This document shows positions 1 to 9,173 of a DNA stretch of 64,000 nucleotides, in pieces (position 1 is the first letter of the stretch; every line of letters starts with the position of its first letter). The stretch is from positions 4,128,001-4,192,000 of the forward strand of contig OZ242318.1 in NCBI GenBank assembly GCA_965208105.1, given 5' to 3'. The notes under the pieces were generated by a model, which saw nothing but the letters and a program-made list of their open reading frames with translations, searched no databases and was not told the origin of the DNA. Origin of the DNA: Candidatus Latescibacterota bacterium. Lineage in GTDB: Bacteria > Latescibacterota > UBA2968 > UBA8231. The position numbers and the translations under genes were made by a program.

Positions 1-1926
1 CGGGTTGTTGAGCAGGTGGATCATGAGCTCGCCCGTGGGACGGAAGGCGGCGGTCATTTCAACGACCTCGGGGGCCTCCACGGCCAGCGGCGGGCCGGCC
101 TCTCCGGCGAGATGGGCGACCAGACGCCGCAGGGGCGGGTAGGGGCTGTTCATATAGGCGCCGCCCACGTCTCCGGCGATGTAGACGGCGCGGCCTTTGC
201 CGTAGGGATGGACGGTGACCGAGGGCTCGCTGCCGCGGTAGTCCATGGAGGGGTGGAAATTGTTCAGCAGCCCGGGGTCCAGGTCGCTGCGGGTGCAGAT
301 GACGCTGGTGCCGGGGCGGGCGCTGATCGCCGCCTCCTGGCCGAAGAAGCAGAGCACGGGGCCGCAGAGGCGCTCCAGCTCATCCTCGATCGGCGCGTAG
401 ATGACCTGGTGGTCCCCTTCTTCCTGGAGATGTCCGCGGTAATCCACCCCCAGGACCTCGCCGAGGGCAAAGCCGTCGCGCTCCTCTCCCCACTCGTTCA
501 GAAGGGAGGTCTGGTAGGTGGCGATGAGGGTGCCGCCGCCGGCCACGAACTCGGCGATGGCGGCGCAGTGGAGGTCGGATAGGCAGGCGCTGTTGGAAAG
601 GAAGAGGACGCGGTAAGAGGACAGCTTGCCGGCGGTGAGATCGGCGTCCAGGGCCATGTCGAAGACCACCTGGGAGCGGTTGAGCATTTCGTAGGCGCCG
701 TAGTGGTCCTTCTGGCCCAACTGGTGGTAGTGGACCCTGCCGGTGTTCTTGGGGAGCTCGGAGGGGCGGAAGTCCCGGTTCATCTGCGAGTAGTGCAGGG
801 CGAGGTACTTGAGGGTCTCACCTCTTACGTAGGGGGACCGCTTTTTGTACTCGGCGAAGACGCGCTCCATGGCCTCTCCCTGCAGAAAGGAGGAGGAGCC
901 GAAGGGGCCGCCGCAGGGAGCGCCGCCGTTTATCATGGCTCCCAGGCCGGCGACGGCGGCGGGGTAAATCTCGGGACGCGGCGCGGCGCCGAAGCCTTCC
1001 AGGTGCTGGGTGACGTTGCGGAAAATGCCGAAAGGAGTCCCGGTGGCGCGCAGCGCCTTGGCCACGAAGCCGGGCTCGCGCAGGGAGCGGAAGGTCTCCA
1101 CGAAGAAGTGGCCCCCCACCTCTTCCAGGCGCAGAGAGCCCAGGGGATGGCCGTCGGACCAGTCGGTCTGAGGGCGGATGTAGGAGTTGAGGTCGAGGAT
1201 GGCGTCGGGGTACTTTTCCCTGATTCTGGAGAACAGGTTGTGCATGAAGTCGATCATCTTCTCGTAGCGCCAATTGACGAAGCGGCGGAAAACCATGGAG
1301 TCGAAGTCCACCTTCCTGGGGATATCGTGGCTGGTTTCGCGCCGGAAGAGCTCCTCGCACCAGGAGCAGCAGCAGGCCGGGGTCCAGGGGCGGTCCTCGT
1401 GGGTGCCGTAGTTGGTGTCGTCGAAGTAGAAGCCGTCAAGGTCGAGATTGTCCATCCACTCGAGCAGGTAGGCCGGCAGCCAGTCGCGGTAGGGGGAGTT
1501 GAAGCAGAACCATCCCAGGTTCTCGGGCTGGGGCCGGCCGTCGTCGAGGAACTTCATCATCCACTCGGGGTGGAGAGGCTTCAGAGGCTTGGTGTAGATG
1601 ACGGGATAGTAGGAGAGCACGATGACGCCGCGCTGATGCGCCAGCTCGAGAAAGCGCGGGAGGCGGTCGTTGTCCACGTCCGGGTGGGGTGGGATCATCT
1701 CGGAAGGGAAGCGAGGGGTCCCGCGGTTGATCTCGCCGTCGACAATCTGGACTTCCATTCCGATGCGGTCGATGAAGTCGACCCACTCCTCCACCGAGGG
1801 ACCATCGTATGACGGCCGCCAGGATACGCAGGCGGGATAGCACTCGATGCGGCACATGCGCTCCTCGTAGGGTTTTTGCGCCAGGCGCTCGGCGGTGGAG
1901 CCCACTCTTTTAAGTTCCTTCTTCAT
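1..1926 (-). CDS. Glycoside hydrolase-like protein (GHL6/GH42-like barrel plus beta-galactosidase trimerisation-like domain); runs off the window start
   Basis: Absent from the ORF track; translated manually from ATG 1926: MKKELKRVG...HPEWMMKF...WFCFNSPYRD...LDGFYFDD...ACCCSWCEELF...YRVLFLSNSACLSD...FVAGGGTLIATY...YGKGRAVY; open to position 1. Confidence 0.7.
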   Translation of the reverse strand, partial: MKKELKRVGSTAERLAQKPYEERMCRIECYPACVSWRPSYDGPSVEEWVDFIDRIGMEVQIVDGEINRGTPRFPSEMIPPHPDVDNDRLPRFLELAHQRGVIVLSYYPVIYTKPLKPLHPEWMMKFLDDGRPQPENLGWFCFNSPYRDWLPAYLLEWMDNLDLDGFYFDDTNYGTHEDRPWTPACCCSWCEELFRRETSHDIPRKVDFDSMVFRRFVNWRYEKMIDFMHNLFSRIREKYPDAILDLNSYIRPQTDWSDGHPLGSLRLEEVGGHFFVETFRSLREPGFVAKALRATGTPFGIFRNVTQHLEGFGAAPRPEIYPAAVAGLGAMINGGAPCGGPFGSSSFLQGEAMERVFAEYKKRSPYVRGETLKYLALHYSQMNRDFRPSELPKNTGRVHYHQLGQKDHYGAYEMLNRSQVVFDMALDADLTAGKLSSYRVLFLSNSACLSDLHCAAIAEFVAGGGTLIATYQTSLLNEWGEERDGFALGEVLGVDYRGHLQEEGDHQVIYAPIEDELERLCGPVLCFFGQEAAISARPGTSVICTRSDLDPGLLNNFHPSMDYRGSEPSVTVHPYGKGRAVYIAGDVGGAYMNSPYPPLRRLVAHLAGEAGPPLAVEAPEVVEMTAAFRPTGELMIHLLNNP

Positions 1927-1944
1927 GGTCTGCCGTCCTCGGCG

Positions 1945-3357
1945 CTATGCGAACCAGTAGGAGTAGAATTGGGCGTCGCGCAGGGTGAAGCGCAGGCGCA
2001 CCTTCCGGCCCCGCAGCTCGGAGGGGTGTCCCGAGGTCCACGTAAACCTCGCGGACCGCTGATCGCCGCCGAGGGGGGCGGACGAGGCCAGCGCGGCGCC
2101 GTTGCCATCTAGCAGGTCGGCGCGCAACTCCCCCCTGCGGGCGTCGACGTTGGCCCACAGCTCATCAGCGGGCAGGGTGAATACGGGGGTCTCCAGTACC
2201 CCCTCGTGGGACCCTGCGTCGAGGGAGACGAATCCGTCCCGGCGCAAAACCGCGAGGCATACGGCCCCGGCATCGGGATGGTAGTCGTCGTAGCCTTTTT
2301 CTCCGCCCGAGGAAATGAACGCGTATTGCTTAATCCCCGTGTAGTAGAACCACAGCTCGTCCCCGCGCACCACCGCGCTGGAAGGTCCTATGATGGTCTG
2401 CAGGTCATAGGCGCCGCTGTCCTGCAGGGAGGCATCGATGAAGGCGCGGCGGCCGGCCACCCTGGTCCAGTTCCTGAGGTCGCGGCTGCAGGCCACCTGG
2501 ACGTTGTAGAAACCGGTGTAGTCGCCGTACTTGGAGACGCACTCCGCAATGTAGGGGGAGAGGCGCATCCTGGAGAAGCCCTCCCACCCGGGGGGAACCT
2601 TGCCGGTGTGGTGGTATACGGAGGGAAGGCCGATGTAGAGCGACTCGTAGCGGAAAACTCCCATATTGTAGATTTCGATGCTGTAGTGCTCGGGGTCGTT
2701 GAACTCGGTCTGCTTGAGCAGGGGGTGGGCAAGGCGGCTGGCGATGACCTGGCGGCCCATTTCCTGGTCGCGATCGTCGGTGTGAAAAACCACCCCATGG
2801 TCGTCCCAGTGATTGAAGTCCGTGCTGGAAGCAACTGCGACAGAGCGTCCGTAGTCGGTTCCGCGCTTGACGGTGTGAATGAACCGGCCTTCCCCCTCGT
2901 CGAAGGAGAAGTTGCCTTCGTCCTGGCTCTGAATCGCGGGGACGTCCAGCTTGGCCCAGGCGACCCCGTCGGGCGAGACGGCGAAGCCCCTGTCCAGGAG
3001 AGCCGCCTTGAAGCGCCGCGCCGGGTCCGGGTCGGTTCCGTCATACACCACCATGGAGACCCCGAGGTCGGTCCGGGGCCTTGCCCCCGGGGACCAGTGA
3101 AGGCCGTCGTGGCTCTGGCGGGCGGAGTTGTCCATACCGGTGACCCAGAGTTTGAACAGCTTTGCTCCAGGGTCCCAGATGGGGGCGCTGCGGGTCTGAA
3201 TGGTGCTGTCCGGGTCGGGGCTGCGAATTACCGCACCCTTCTTGTTTGGCTGGTGCAGGGTTCGCTCCAGGCGGGAGATGGTCTCAATCCCATCGTCGTC
3301 CAGAAAGAGCTGACGCTGGCCAGGTACTATGGAGCAGGATTTGCTCTGGTCGTCCAT
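1945..3357 (-). CDS. Beta-propeller glycoside hydrolase-like protein (GH32/43-like, uncharacterised)
   Basis: 470 aa; RQLFLDD N-terminus, Asp-box-like motifs (SHDGLHW, SPDGVAW, SRDLRNW), DELWFYY, LRRDGFVSL, C-terminal LRGRKVRLRF. Confidence 0.6.
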   Translation of the reverse strand: MDDQSKSCSIVPGQRQLFLDDDGIETISRLERTLHQPNKKGAVIRSPDPDSTIQTRSAPIWDPGAKLFKLWVTGMDNSARQSHDGLHWSPGARPRTDLGVSMVVYDGTDPDPARRFKAALLDRGFAVSPDGVAWAKLDVPAIQSQDEGNFSFDEGEGRFIHTVKRGTDYGRSVAVASSTDFNHWDDHGVVFHTDDRDQEMGRQVIASRLAHPLLKQTEFNDPEHYSIEIYNMGVFRYESLYIGLPSVYHHTGKVPPGWEGFSRMRLSPYIAECVSKYGDYTGFYNVQVACSRDLRNWTRVAGRRAFIDASLQDSGAYDLQTIIGPSSAVVRGDELWFYYTGIKQYAFISSGGEKGYDDYHPDAGAVCLAVLRRDGFVSLDAGSHEGVLETPVFTLPADELWANVDARRGELRADLLDGNGAALASSAPLGGDQRSARFTWTSGHPSELRGRKVRLRFTLRDAQFYSYWFA

Positions 3358-3615
3358 GAGGATGGGTTCCTTGACGGGTGGAAGAGGTGAAGGATAGAAG
3401 TACTACAGAACCCGGGGCGGGGCAAGGGTACCTGGCGGATCCGCAGCGCGGCAGGGCTCGATTTGCCTCGATTCAGCGGCATTGGCGGCGGCAGGCCGGA
3501 CGGAATGGCGATCGACAACCGGCTGCCCGGCCGGGGACGGCGGGCGGGGAGGCGAAAGGGGGGCATCGGAAGATGGAGTTGCGAGGATGGGATGTTTCTC
3601 GATCCGCTTTCGGGA

Positions 3616-6153
3616 TCAGGGACCGTCGCGGCGCTGGCGGTGGAGACGCAGCATGACCTGGGCGGGTAGAAACTCGCTGCTTCTTCGCGCGCTTTCCTCG
3701 TAGGCGGACGCGGCCTCTCCCCTTTTCCCGTGGAGTTCCTTGATCCTTCCCTTGAGAAAAATGTCGCGGGCTTCCAGATAGGCGCCGAGGCGGGCGGAGA
3801 AGCGGCGGTCCGCTTCAGTGGTGGCGGCCACGACGTCCCCGGGTCGAGGCTGGAAGTGGTCCAGCATGGCCTGGAGAAGCTCGGCCTTGCTGCGGAAATG
3901 ATCCAGGGTCGTCGACCGGCTGGTGAGGGCGGTCTCCCGCAGTTCGTAGGCCAGGCGCGGAGCACCGAAGGTCACCCTGGGGCGGTCATCGGTGTTGAGC
4001 GGGCTGTCTTTGGAGTAGGCGGCCAGGTCGTCCCTGCCCGCGGCCAGATAGCCGAACAGCTTCATCTCGTCGGCCACGCCCGCCGCCTTGAGGGCGGCTC
4101 TCAACTTGTCGTCCATCGCCCGACGTGCAAACCAGTCGGGCGTATAGACCGTGGCATCCCCGGCACTGCCCACCAGGGCAAGGGGCAGGGTGGTGATCCG
4201 GGTGTTGGGCTGGTAGTAGGCGCGGGCGTCGGGGAAAACTTCGAGGAAGGTGCGGATCATGATTTTCACCGTCTCTTCGTCGAGCTGGTAGAGCGGCAGC
4301 CACTGGCAGAACAGGCCGCCCGGAGCGAGGCGCTGGCGAATGGCGAGGAAATGCTCCACGGTGTAGAGGGATCCGGCTCCGTCGCGCGAGGGGTGGAAGA
4401 GATCGGCGGCGATGACGTCGTAGCGGTCGCGTGAGGCGCGGACGTAGCGCCGCGCGTCTGAAACGAGGACCCTCAAGTCTGGCTGGTTCAACAGGTCGCC
4501 GTTCACCTGGCGAAAGAAGGGCAGCAGCCCGACCACCTCGGGCACCAGTTCGACCCCTTCCCCGCGCAGCCGAGGATGGTCGGCTGCCGCGCCGAAGGTG
4601 ACTCCCGCTCCAAGTCCCAGGAACAGGACGCGCCGGGGGTCCGGGTGAAGGAGTAGCGGAACGTGGGCGCGCAACCGGGGTGAATTGGCGTGCGGAGTGC
4701 CTCCCATGCTGAATCGGTTGTTTACCATCAGCAGGCGATTGCCGCCGCGGTCGGACACGACGGAAACGGTGGCCATGGTGCCTTCGCGGTAGGCAAGCAC
4801 CCCGCCGCCCGGAGGTCCGACAATCAGGGTCAGGCCCGCGGGCCATACCTTGACGAGGAGGAAGGCGAGCACCAGGGCAGCCCCTCCGGGCAACAGCCGT
4901 CGCGGCCGGAGGTCGGGGACGAAGAGCAGGTAGCCGAGGGAGGTCAGTACGAGGGCGGTTTTCGTCCCCAGGGCAGGGAGCACCAAGACTCCGAATACCA
5001 GGGGCGCCAGGGACGCCCCCACGGTATTCAGTCCCAGGGAGCGCCCGACGCCGCCCCGCTCCCGCCTCATCGACTGAGCCAGGTGGCTGAACAGGGCCCC
5101 CATCAGGATCGACGGCAACAGGAAGACGATGAGGGCGAGCCCGATCTCGGCGCCCACGGAGCCGGCGAAACCCGTCCCGAAGAGTTGGCGCAGCCACTCG
5201 TAGAGGGCGAAGGCCTGTGAGATGGCGACCACGCCGCAGAGGCAGGCCGCCCCGGTGGTCTGAACCAGGAAGGAGAGGACGGCCCGGGAGTCCCGGCCCC
5301 GGCCCAGAACCTGGTAGGCGACAGCCCCGAGGGCCGTGCCCAGCAGGTAAGCCGAGAGGATCGAGGCGAAGCTGTAGACCGTGTTCTCGAAAACCTGGCT
5401 CAGCACCCGCACCCCCAAAACCTCGTAGCCGATGCCCAGGAACCCGGTGATGAAGATGGTGAAGCCGAGGCGGCCTGGGGGGGGAGAATCTCCCATGCGG
5501 GCGTCGACAGAAGGGCGTTCCCTCTCGCCGCGCCCCAGTCCGGCGAATACCACGGCAGCGCAGACCAGGTTGACCGCGGCCAGGATCAGGAGGGTGGCGC
5601 GGAAGCCCAAGGACGGCACCAGCACGAAGGTCGCGCCCAGGGTTCCGGCAACCGCCCCCAGGGTATTGGCCCCGTAGAGACCTCCGAGGGAACGGCCCTG
5701 GGAGCGCAAGCGCGACAGGAAGCGGTCCATGGCGGGAAGGGTCGCCCCCATGGCGGCGGTTGCCGGAAGCAGGGCGAGGAACGGTACGAGGAAGGCCACC
5801 ATCCAGTGGCGCAGGGCTCCGGGCGCGGTGCCGGTGAGAAAGGCCACCTGGTCGTTTGCCCAGGGGATCAGGGCCATGGAGGCGAAGCCCCACAGGCCGA
5901 TGATCAGTTCCAGTACCGCGTACCAGCGCCCGGGGGAGCGGCTGCGGCTCACCTTGCCGTCGAGGACCCAGGCCCCCAGGGCGAATCCGGCGAAGAATGC
6001 GGCCAGCACCGCCAGCACCCCGGGCATCTCGTGTCCGAGACCGACGGAGAACATCCGGGTCCAGACGATTTCGTAGCCCAGGCCGGCCACCCCGGAAAGG
6101 AAGAATATGAGATAGGAGCAAGAGGAAGCGGGGCGTGTGGTGGATCCGGACAT
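3616..6153 (-). CDS. Fused multi-TM membrane / spermidine synthase-like SAM-dependent protein
   Basis: FLSGVAGLGYEIVW, MGATLP, LYGANTLGA, duplicated TM block, then LFLGLGAGVT, VELVPEV, DARRYV, YDVIAADLFHP, QWLPLYQ; ATG 6153 chosen for its purine-rich RBS. Confidence 0.85.
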   Translation of the reverse strand: MSGSTTRPASSCSYLIFFLSGVAGLGYEIVWTRMFSVGLGHEMPGVLAVLAAFFAGFALGAWVLDGKVSRSRSPGRWYAVLELIIGLWGFASMALIPWANDQVAFLTGTAPGALRHWMVAFLVPFLALLPATAAMGATLPAMDRFLSRLRSQGRSLGGLYGANTLGAVAGTLGATFVLVPSLGFRATLLILAAVNLVCAAVVFAGLGRGERERPSVDARMGDSPPPGRLGFTIFITGFLGIGYEVLGVRVLSQVFENTVYSFASILSAYLLGTALGAVAYQVLGRGRDSRAVLSFLVQTTGAACLCGVVAISQAFALYEWLRQLFGTGFAGSVGAEIGLALIVFLLPSILMGALFSHLAQSMRRERGGVGRSLGLNTVGASLAPLVFGVLVLPALGTKTALVLTSLGYLLFVPDLRPRRLLPGGAALVLAFLLVKVWPAGLTLIVGPPGGGVLAYREGTMATVSVVSDRGGNRLLMVNNRFSMGGTPHANSPRLRAHVPLLLHPDPRRVLFLGLGAGVTFGAAADHPRLRGEGVELVPEVVGLLPFFRQVNGDLLNQPDLRVLVSDARRYVRASRDRYDVIAADLFHPSRDGAGSLYTVEHFLAIRQRLAPGGLFCQWLPLYQLDEETVKIMIRTFLEVFPDARAYYQPNTRITTLPLALVGSAGDATVYTPDWFARRAMDDKLRAALKAAGVADEMKLFGYLAAGRDDLAAYSKDSPLNTDDRPRVTFGAPRLAYELRETALTSRSTTLDHFRSKAELLQAMLDHFQPRPGDVVAATTEADRRFSARLGAYLEARDIFLKGRIKELHGKRGEAASAYEESARRSSEFLPAQVMLRLHRQRRDGP

Positions 6154-6440
6154 CGACCCCTTCCGAAAGAAATCGAAAAAGCGGAACCTCGAGGGGAACT
6201 GTTCACTCACGATCATCCAAAATATTGGAAATGCGACCCTGGTCAAGATTCTCCCCCGTCTCCAGGGCGGGGCGGCATGTTACTCCTGCCCTCCCGTGGC
6301 CAGGCCTTGAGTCCGGCGAGGTGTTTGCTATTCCCACGTTATGCCTTAGTATAGTACCGAGTTCATCCTGCCTTCGAGGCAGGGAGGGAAATGATTGCTG
6401 CAGGGCAGGGCTTCGCTTCGGTGGCCAAGGCCGGTGAAAG

Positions 6441-7556
6441 ATGGCTGAAATGAGCAGGAAGATACGCGTGGGGGTGCTTTTCGGCGGGCGTTCCTGCGAG
6501 CACGAAGTCTCGGTGACCTCGGCTCGATCGCTGCTGGAGGCGATCGACAAGGAGAAGTACGAGGCGGTTATGATCGGGATCAGCAAGGAAGGCCGCTGGC
6601 TCGTGGCCGAGGATGCTCTGAAGGTGCTGGAGGCCGGCGTGGTCGAGGAGGGCAACGCCCTGCCGGTGATGCTCGACTACCCGGGAAGCCGGGAGCTGGT
6701 GGCGCGCGGCCACGGGGACCTGGCCGCCGCCGCGAGCGGACAGGTGGACGTGATATTTCCGATACTGCACGGTCCCTTCGGGGAGGACGGCACGGTGCAG
6801 GGGCTGCTGGAGTTGGCGGGGGTGGCCTACGTCGGCGCCGGGGTGGTGGGCTCGGCCGTGGGAATGGACAAGGAGATGATGAGGCGTGCGTTTCGCGCCG
6901 AGGGACTGCCCCAGGTGGACTACACCGTGGTGCGGCGCCGGAGCTGGGAGCGCGAGCCCGAGGCGGTTCTCGGGGAGATCGAGGAGCAGTTCGCCTATCC
7001 CGTCTTCGTCAAGCCGGTAAACCTGGGGTCCAGCGTCGGGATAACCAAGGCATGGGATGGGGAGGAGCTCCGCCGCGGCATGGACGAGGCTGCTTCCTTC
7101 GACTACAAGATCATGGTGGAAGCGGCGGCCGTGGATTGCCGCGAGGTGGAATGCGCGGTCCTGGGCAATGAGGATCCCCAGGCATCGGTTCTGGGAGAGA
7201 TTGTTCCCGGCAACGAGTTTTACGACTACAACGCCAAGTACGCAGACGACAATTCCGACCTGATCATACCTGCTCCGGTCTCCGCGGGGACCGCCGAACT
7301 GGTGCGGCAGTACGCCATCCGCGCCTTCCGGGCGGTGGAGTCGGCGGGCCTGGCGCGGGTGGACTTCTTCATCGGCAAAGGAGACGAATCCATCCGCCTC
7401 AGCGAAATAAACACCATGCCGGGATTCACCCCCATCAGCATGTATCCCAAGTTGTGGCAGGCCAGCGGGGTCGGCTACGGCGAGCTCATTCACCGCCTGA
7501 TTCAACTGGGGCTGGAGCGCCACGGGGAAAGGCAGAAGACCCGCACCTCGCTTTAG
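6441..7556 (+). CDS. ddl: D-alanine--D-alanine ligase
   Basis: LFGGRSCEHEVS, LHGPFGEDGTVQG, FVKP..LGSSVG, FYDYNAKY, ARVDFF, EINTMPGFT..SMYP. Confidence 0.97.
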   Translation: MAEMSRKIRVGVLFGGRSCEHEVSVTSARSLLEAIDKEKYEAVMIGISKEGRWLVAEDALKVLEAGVVEEGNALPVMLDYPGSRELVARGHGDLAAAASGQVDVIFPILHGPFGEDGTVQGLLELAGVAYVGAGVVGSAVGMDKEMMRRAFRAEGLPQVDYTVVRRRSWEREPEAVLGEIEEQFAYPVFVKPVNLGSSVGITKAWDGEELRRGMDEAASFDYKIMVEAAAVDCREVECAVLGNEDPQASVLGEIVPGNEFYDYNAKYADDNSDLIIPAPVSAGTAELVRQYAIRAFRAVESAGLARVDFFIGKGDESIRLSEINTMPGFTPISMYPKLWQASGVGYGELIHRLIQLGLERHGERQKTRTSL

Positions 7557-7619
7557 AGGTCCGCCCGGGGTTGCCCGGCGATCCACCCCCGACGGAGGGA
7601 TAATTCGGATAGAGGAAGG

Positions 7620-8348
7620 ATGAAGCAGCGGAAAATTTTCGAGAAAGGGCGGGTGAGCAACTCCACCTCGCTGGCTCTGCTGGTCGCCGGTCTGGCCGCC
7701 CCGCCGGAAAGTGCCTGGGGCGAGTGGGTCCTGGCGGCGGGGCTGTTCGGCCTGGCCGGCGGGTTCACCAACTGGCTGGCTGTGAAGATGCTGTTCGACC
7801 GCGTTCCGCTGCTCTATGGCTCCGGGGTGATACCCAACCGTTTTCGCGAGATCCGGAAGACGGTGAAGGACCTGATAATGGTCCACTTCTTCGACGAGGA
7901 ACACCTGCAGCGGTTCTTTGCAAACCAGGTCCGTTCCCGGCCGGCGGGCGCAAAGCTGGAGTCGCTGCTTGCAGAGCTGCTGGAGTCCGAGGCGGGCGAC
8001 GAGATCATCCGGCGGCAGTTGGAGGAGATGCAGAGCACGCCCGCCGGCATGGTGCTGAACATGGTCGGCACCGCGACCATCGCTCCCCTGGTCAAGCGCT
8101 TCGTCTCCGGGGTGGCCGCGGAATTGGCCCCACTGCTGGGGGCGAGACTTGCCCCCGGCGGTATGGAAGTCGGCGCCCTGCGGAGCCAGGTGGAGCAGTT
8201 GCTGGCCGCCAAGCTGGAAGAGTTGACCCCCGATGTGGTCAAAACGATGATGGAGGACGTGATGCGGGAGCACCTGGGCTGGCTCATCGTGTGGGGCAAC
8301 GTGTTCGGAGGGCTGATCGGAATTCTGGCCAATTTGTCGGGCTATTGA
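7620..8348 (+). CDS. DUF445-family membrane protein
   Basis: GGFTNWLAVKMLF, GSGVIP, C-terminal HLGWLIVWGNVFGGLIG. Confidence 0.85.
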   Translation: MKQRKIFEKGRVSNSTSLALLVAGLAAPPESAWGEWVLAAGLFGLAGGFTNWLAVKMLFDRVPLLYGSGVIPNRFREIRKTVKDLIMVHFFDEEHLQRFFANQVRSRPAGAKLESLLAELLESEAGDEIIRRQLEEMQSTPAGMVLNMVGTATIAPLVKRFVSGVAAELAPLLGARLAPGGMEVGALRSQVEQLLAAKLEELTPDVVKTMMEDVMREHLGWLIVWGNVFGGLIGILANLSGY

Positions 8349-8366
8349 AGAGAAAGGGCGTGCCTT

Positions 8367-9173
8367 ATGGACTTGTTCGATCTGAGCGGGGAAGTGGCGG
8401 CGGTGATCGGCGCTACCGGGGCCCTGGGAGGGGCGATGGCCGAAGGGCTGGCCTCGGCCGGGGCGAGGGTGGCCGTGCTGGGGCGCAGCGAGGAGCGGGG
8501 ACGGCGGACGGTGGAGGCCATCGAGGCGGCCGGCGGAGAGGCGGTTTTCGTCGGTTGCGACGCCACCAGCCAAGCAAGTGTGCGCACGGCCCACCGCGCC
8601 CTGCGGGAGAGGCTGGGGGCGGTCACGGTGCTGGTCAACGCAGCGGGGGGGAACACCCCCGGGGCGACGGTGACCCCTGACCATCCCTTCCAGGAAATCT
8701 CGCTCGAGGACTGGCAGGAAAGCTTCGACCTGAACCTGGTTGGCGGCGTCCTTTTGCCCTGCCAGGAGTTCGGTCCCGCCATGATCGAGAGCGGCAAGGG
8801 CAGCATCATCAACATCGCATCGGCGGCATCGTACCTGCCCATGTCCAGGGTGGTGGCTTATTCGGCGGCGAAGGCGGGTGTGCTGAACCTGACCCGTTTC
8901 CTGGCGCGCGAGTGGGGCGAGACAGGGGTTCGCGTCAACGCCGTCGTTCCGGGATTTTTTCCGGGCGAGCAGAACCGCCGCCTGCTCTTCGACGCCGAGG
9001 GCAGGCCCACCCCCAGGGGCCGCCAGGTTCTCGACCGCACTCCCATGAACAGATTCGGCGATCCCGGAGAACTGGCCGGTATCGCCGTTTTCCTCGCTTC
9101 CCCCAGAGCCAGCGGTTTCGTCACGGGGGGGGACTTCAAGGTCGACGGCGGCTTTCTGGCGATGGCTATCTGA
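8367..9173 (+). CDS. SDR-family oxidoreductase (mannonate/gluconate dehydrogenase-like)
   Basis: GATGALG, LVNAAGGN, YSAAK, VRVNAVVPGFF, TPMNRFG, VDGG. Confidence 0.9.
   Translation: MDLFDLSGEVAAVIGATGALGGAMAEGLASAGARVAVLGRSEERGRRTVEAIEAAGGEAVFVGCDATSQASVRTAHRALRERLGAVTVLVNAAGGNTPGATVTPDHPFQEISLEDWQESFDLNLVGGVLLPCQEFGPAMIESGKGSIINIASAASYLPMSRVVAYSAAKAGVLNLTRFLAREWGETGVRVNAVVPGFFPGEQNRRLLFDAEGRPTPRGRQVLDRTPMNRFGDPGELAGIAVFLASPRASGFVTGGDFKVDGGFLAMAI

Noticed and set aside
16-1812. Plus-strand ORFs 16-582 and 703-1812
   Set aside because: Antisense shadows of the minus-strand glycoside hydrolase-like gene; no recognisable motifs
6363-8684. 773-aa minus-strand ORF and similar long ORFs (3986-6121, 22217-23896, 37230-39089, 44518-46626)
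   Set aside because: They overlap well-supported genes in other frames or on the opposite strand; expected from stop-codon scarcity in GC-rich DNA
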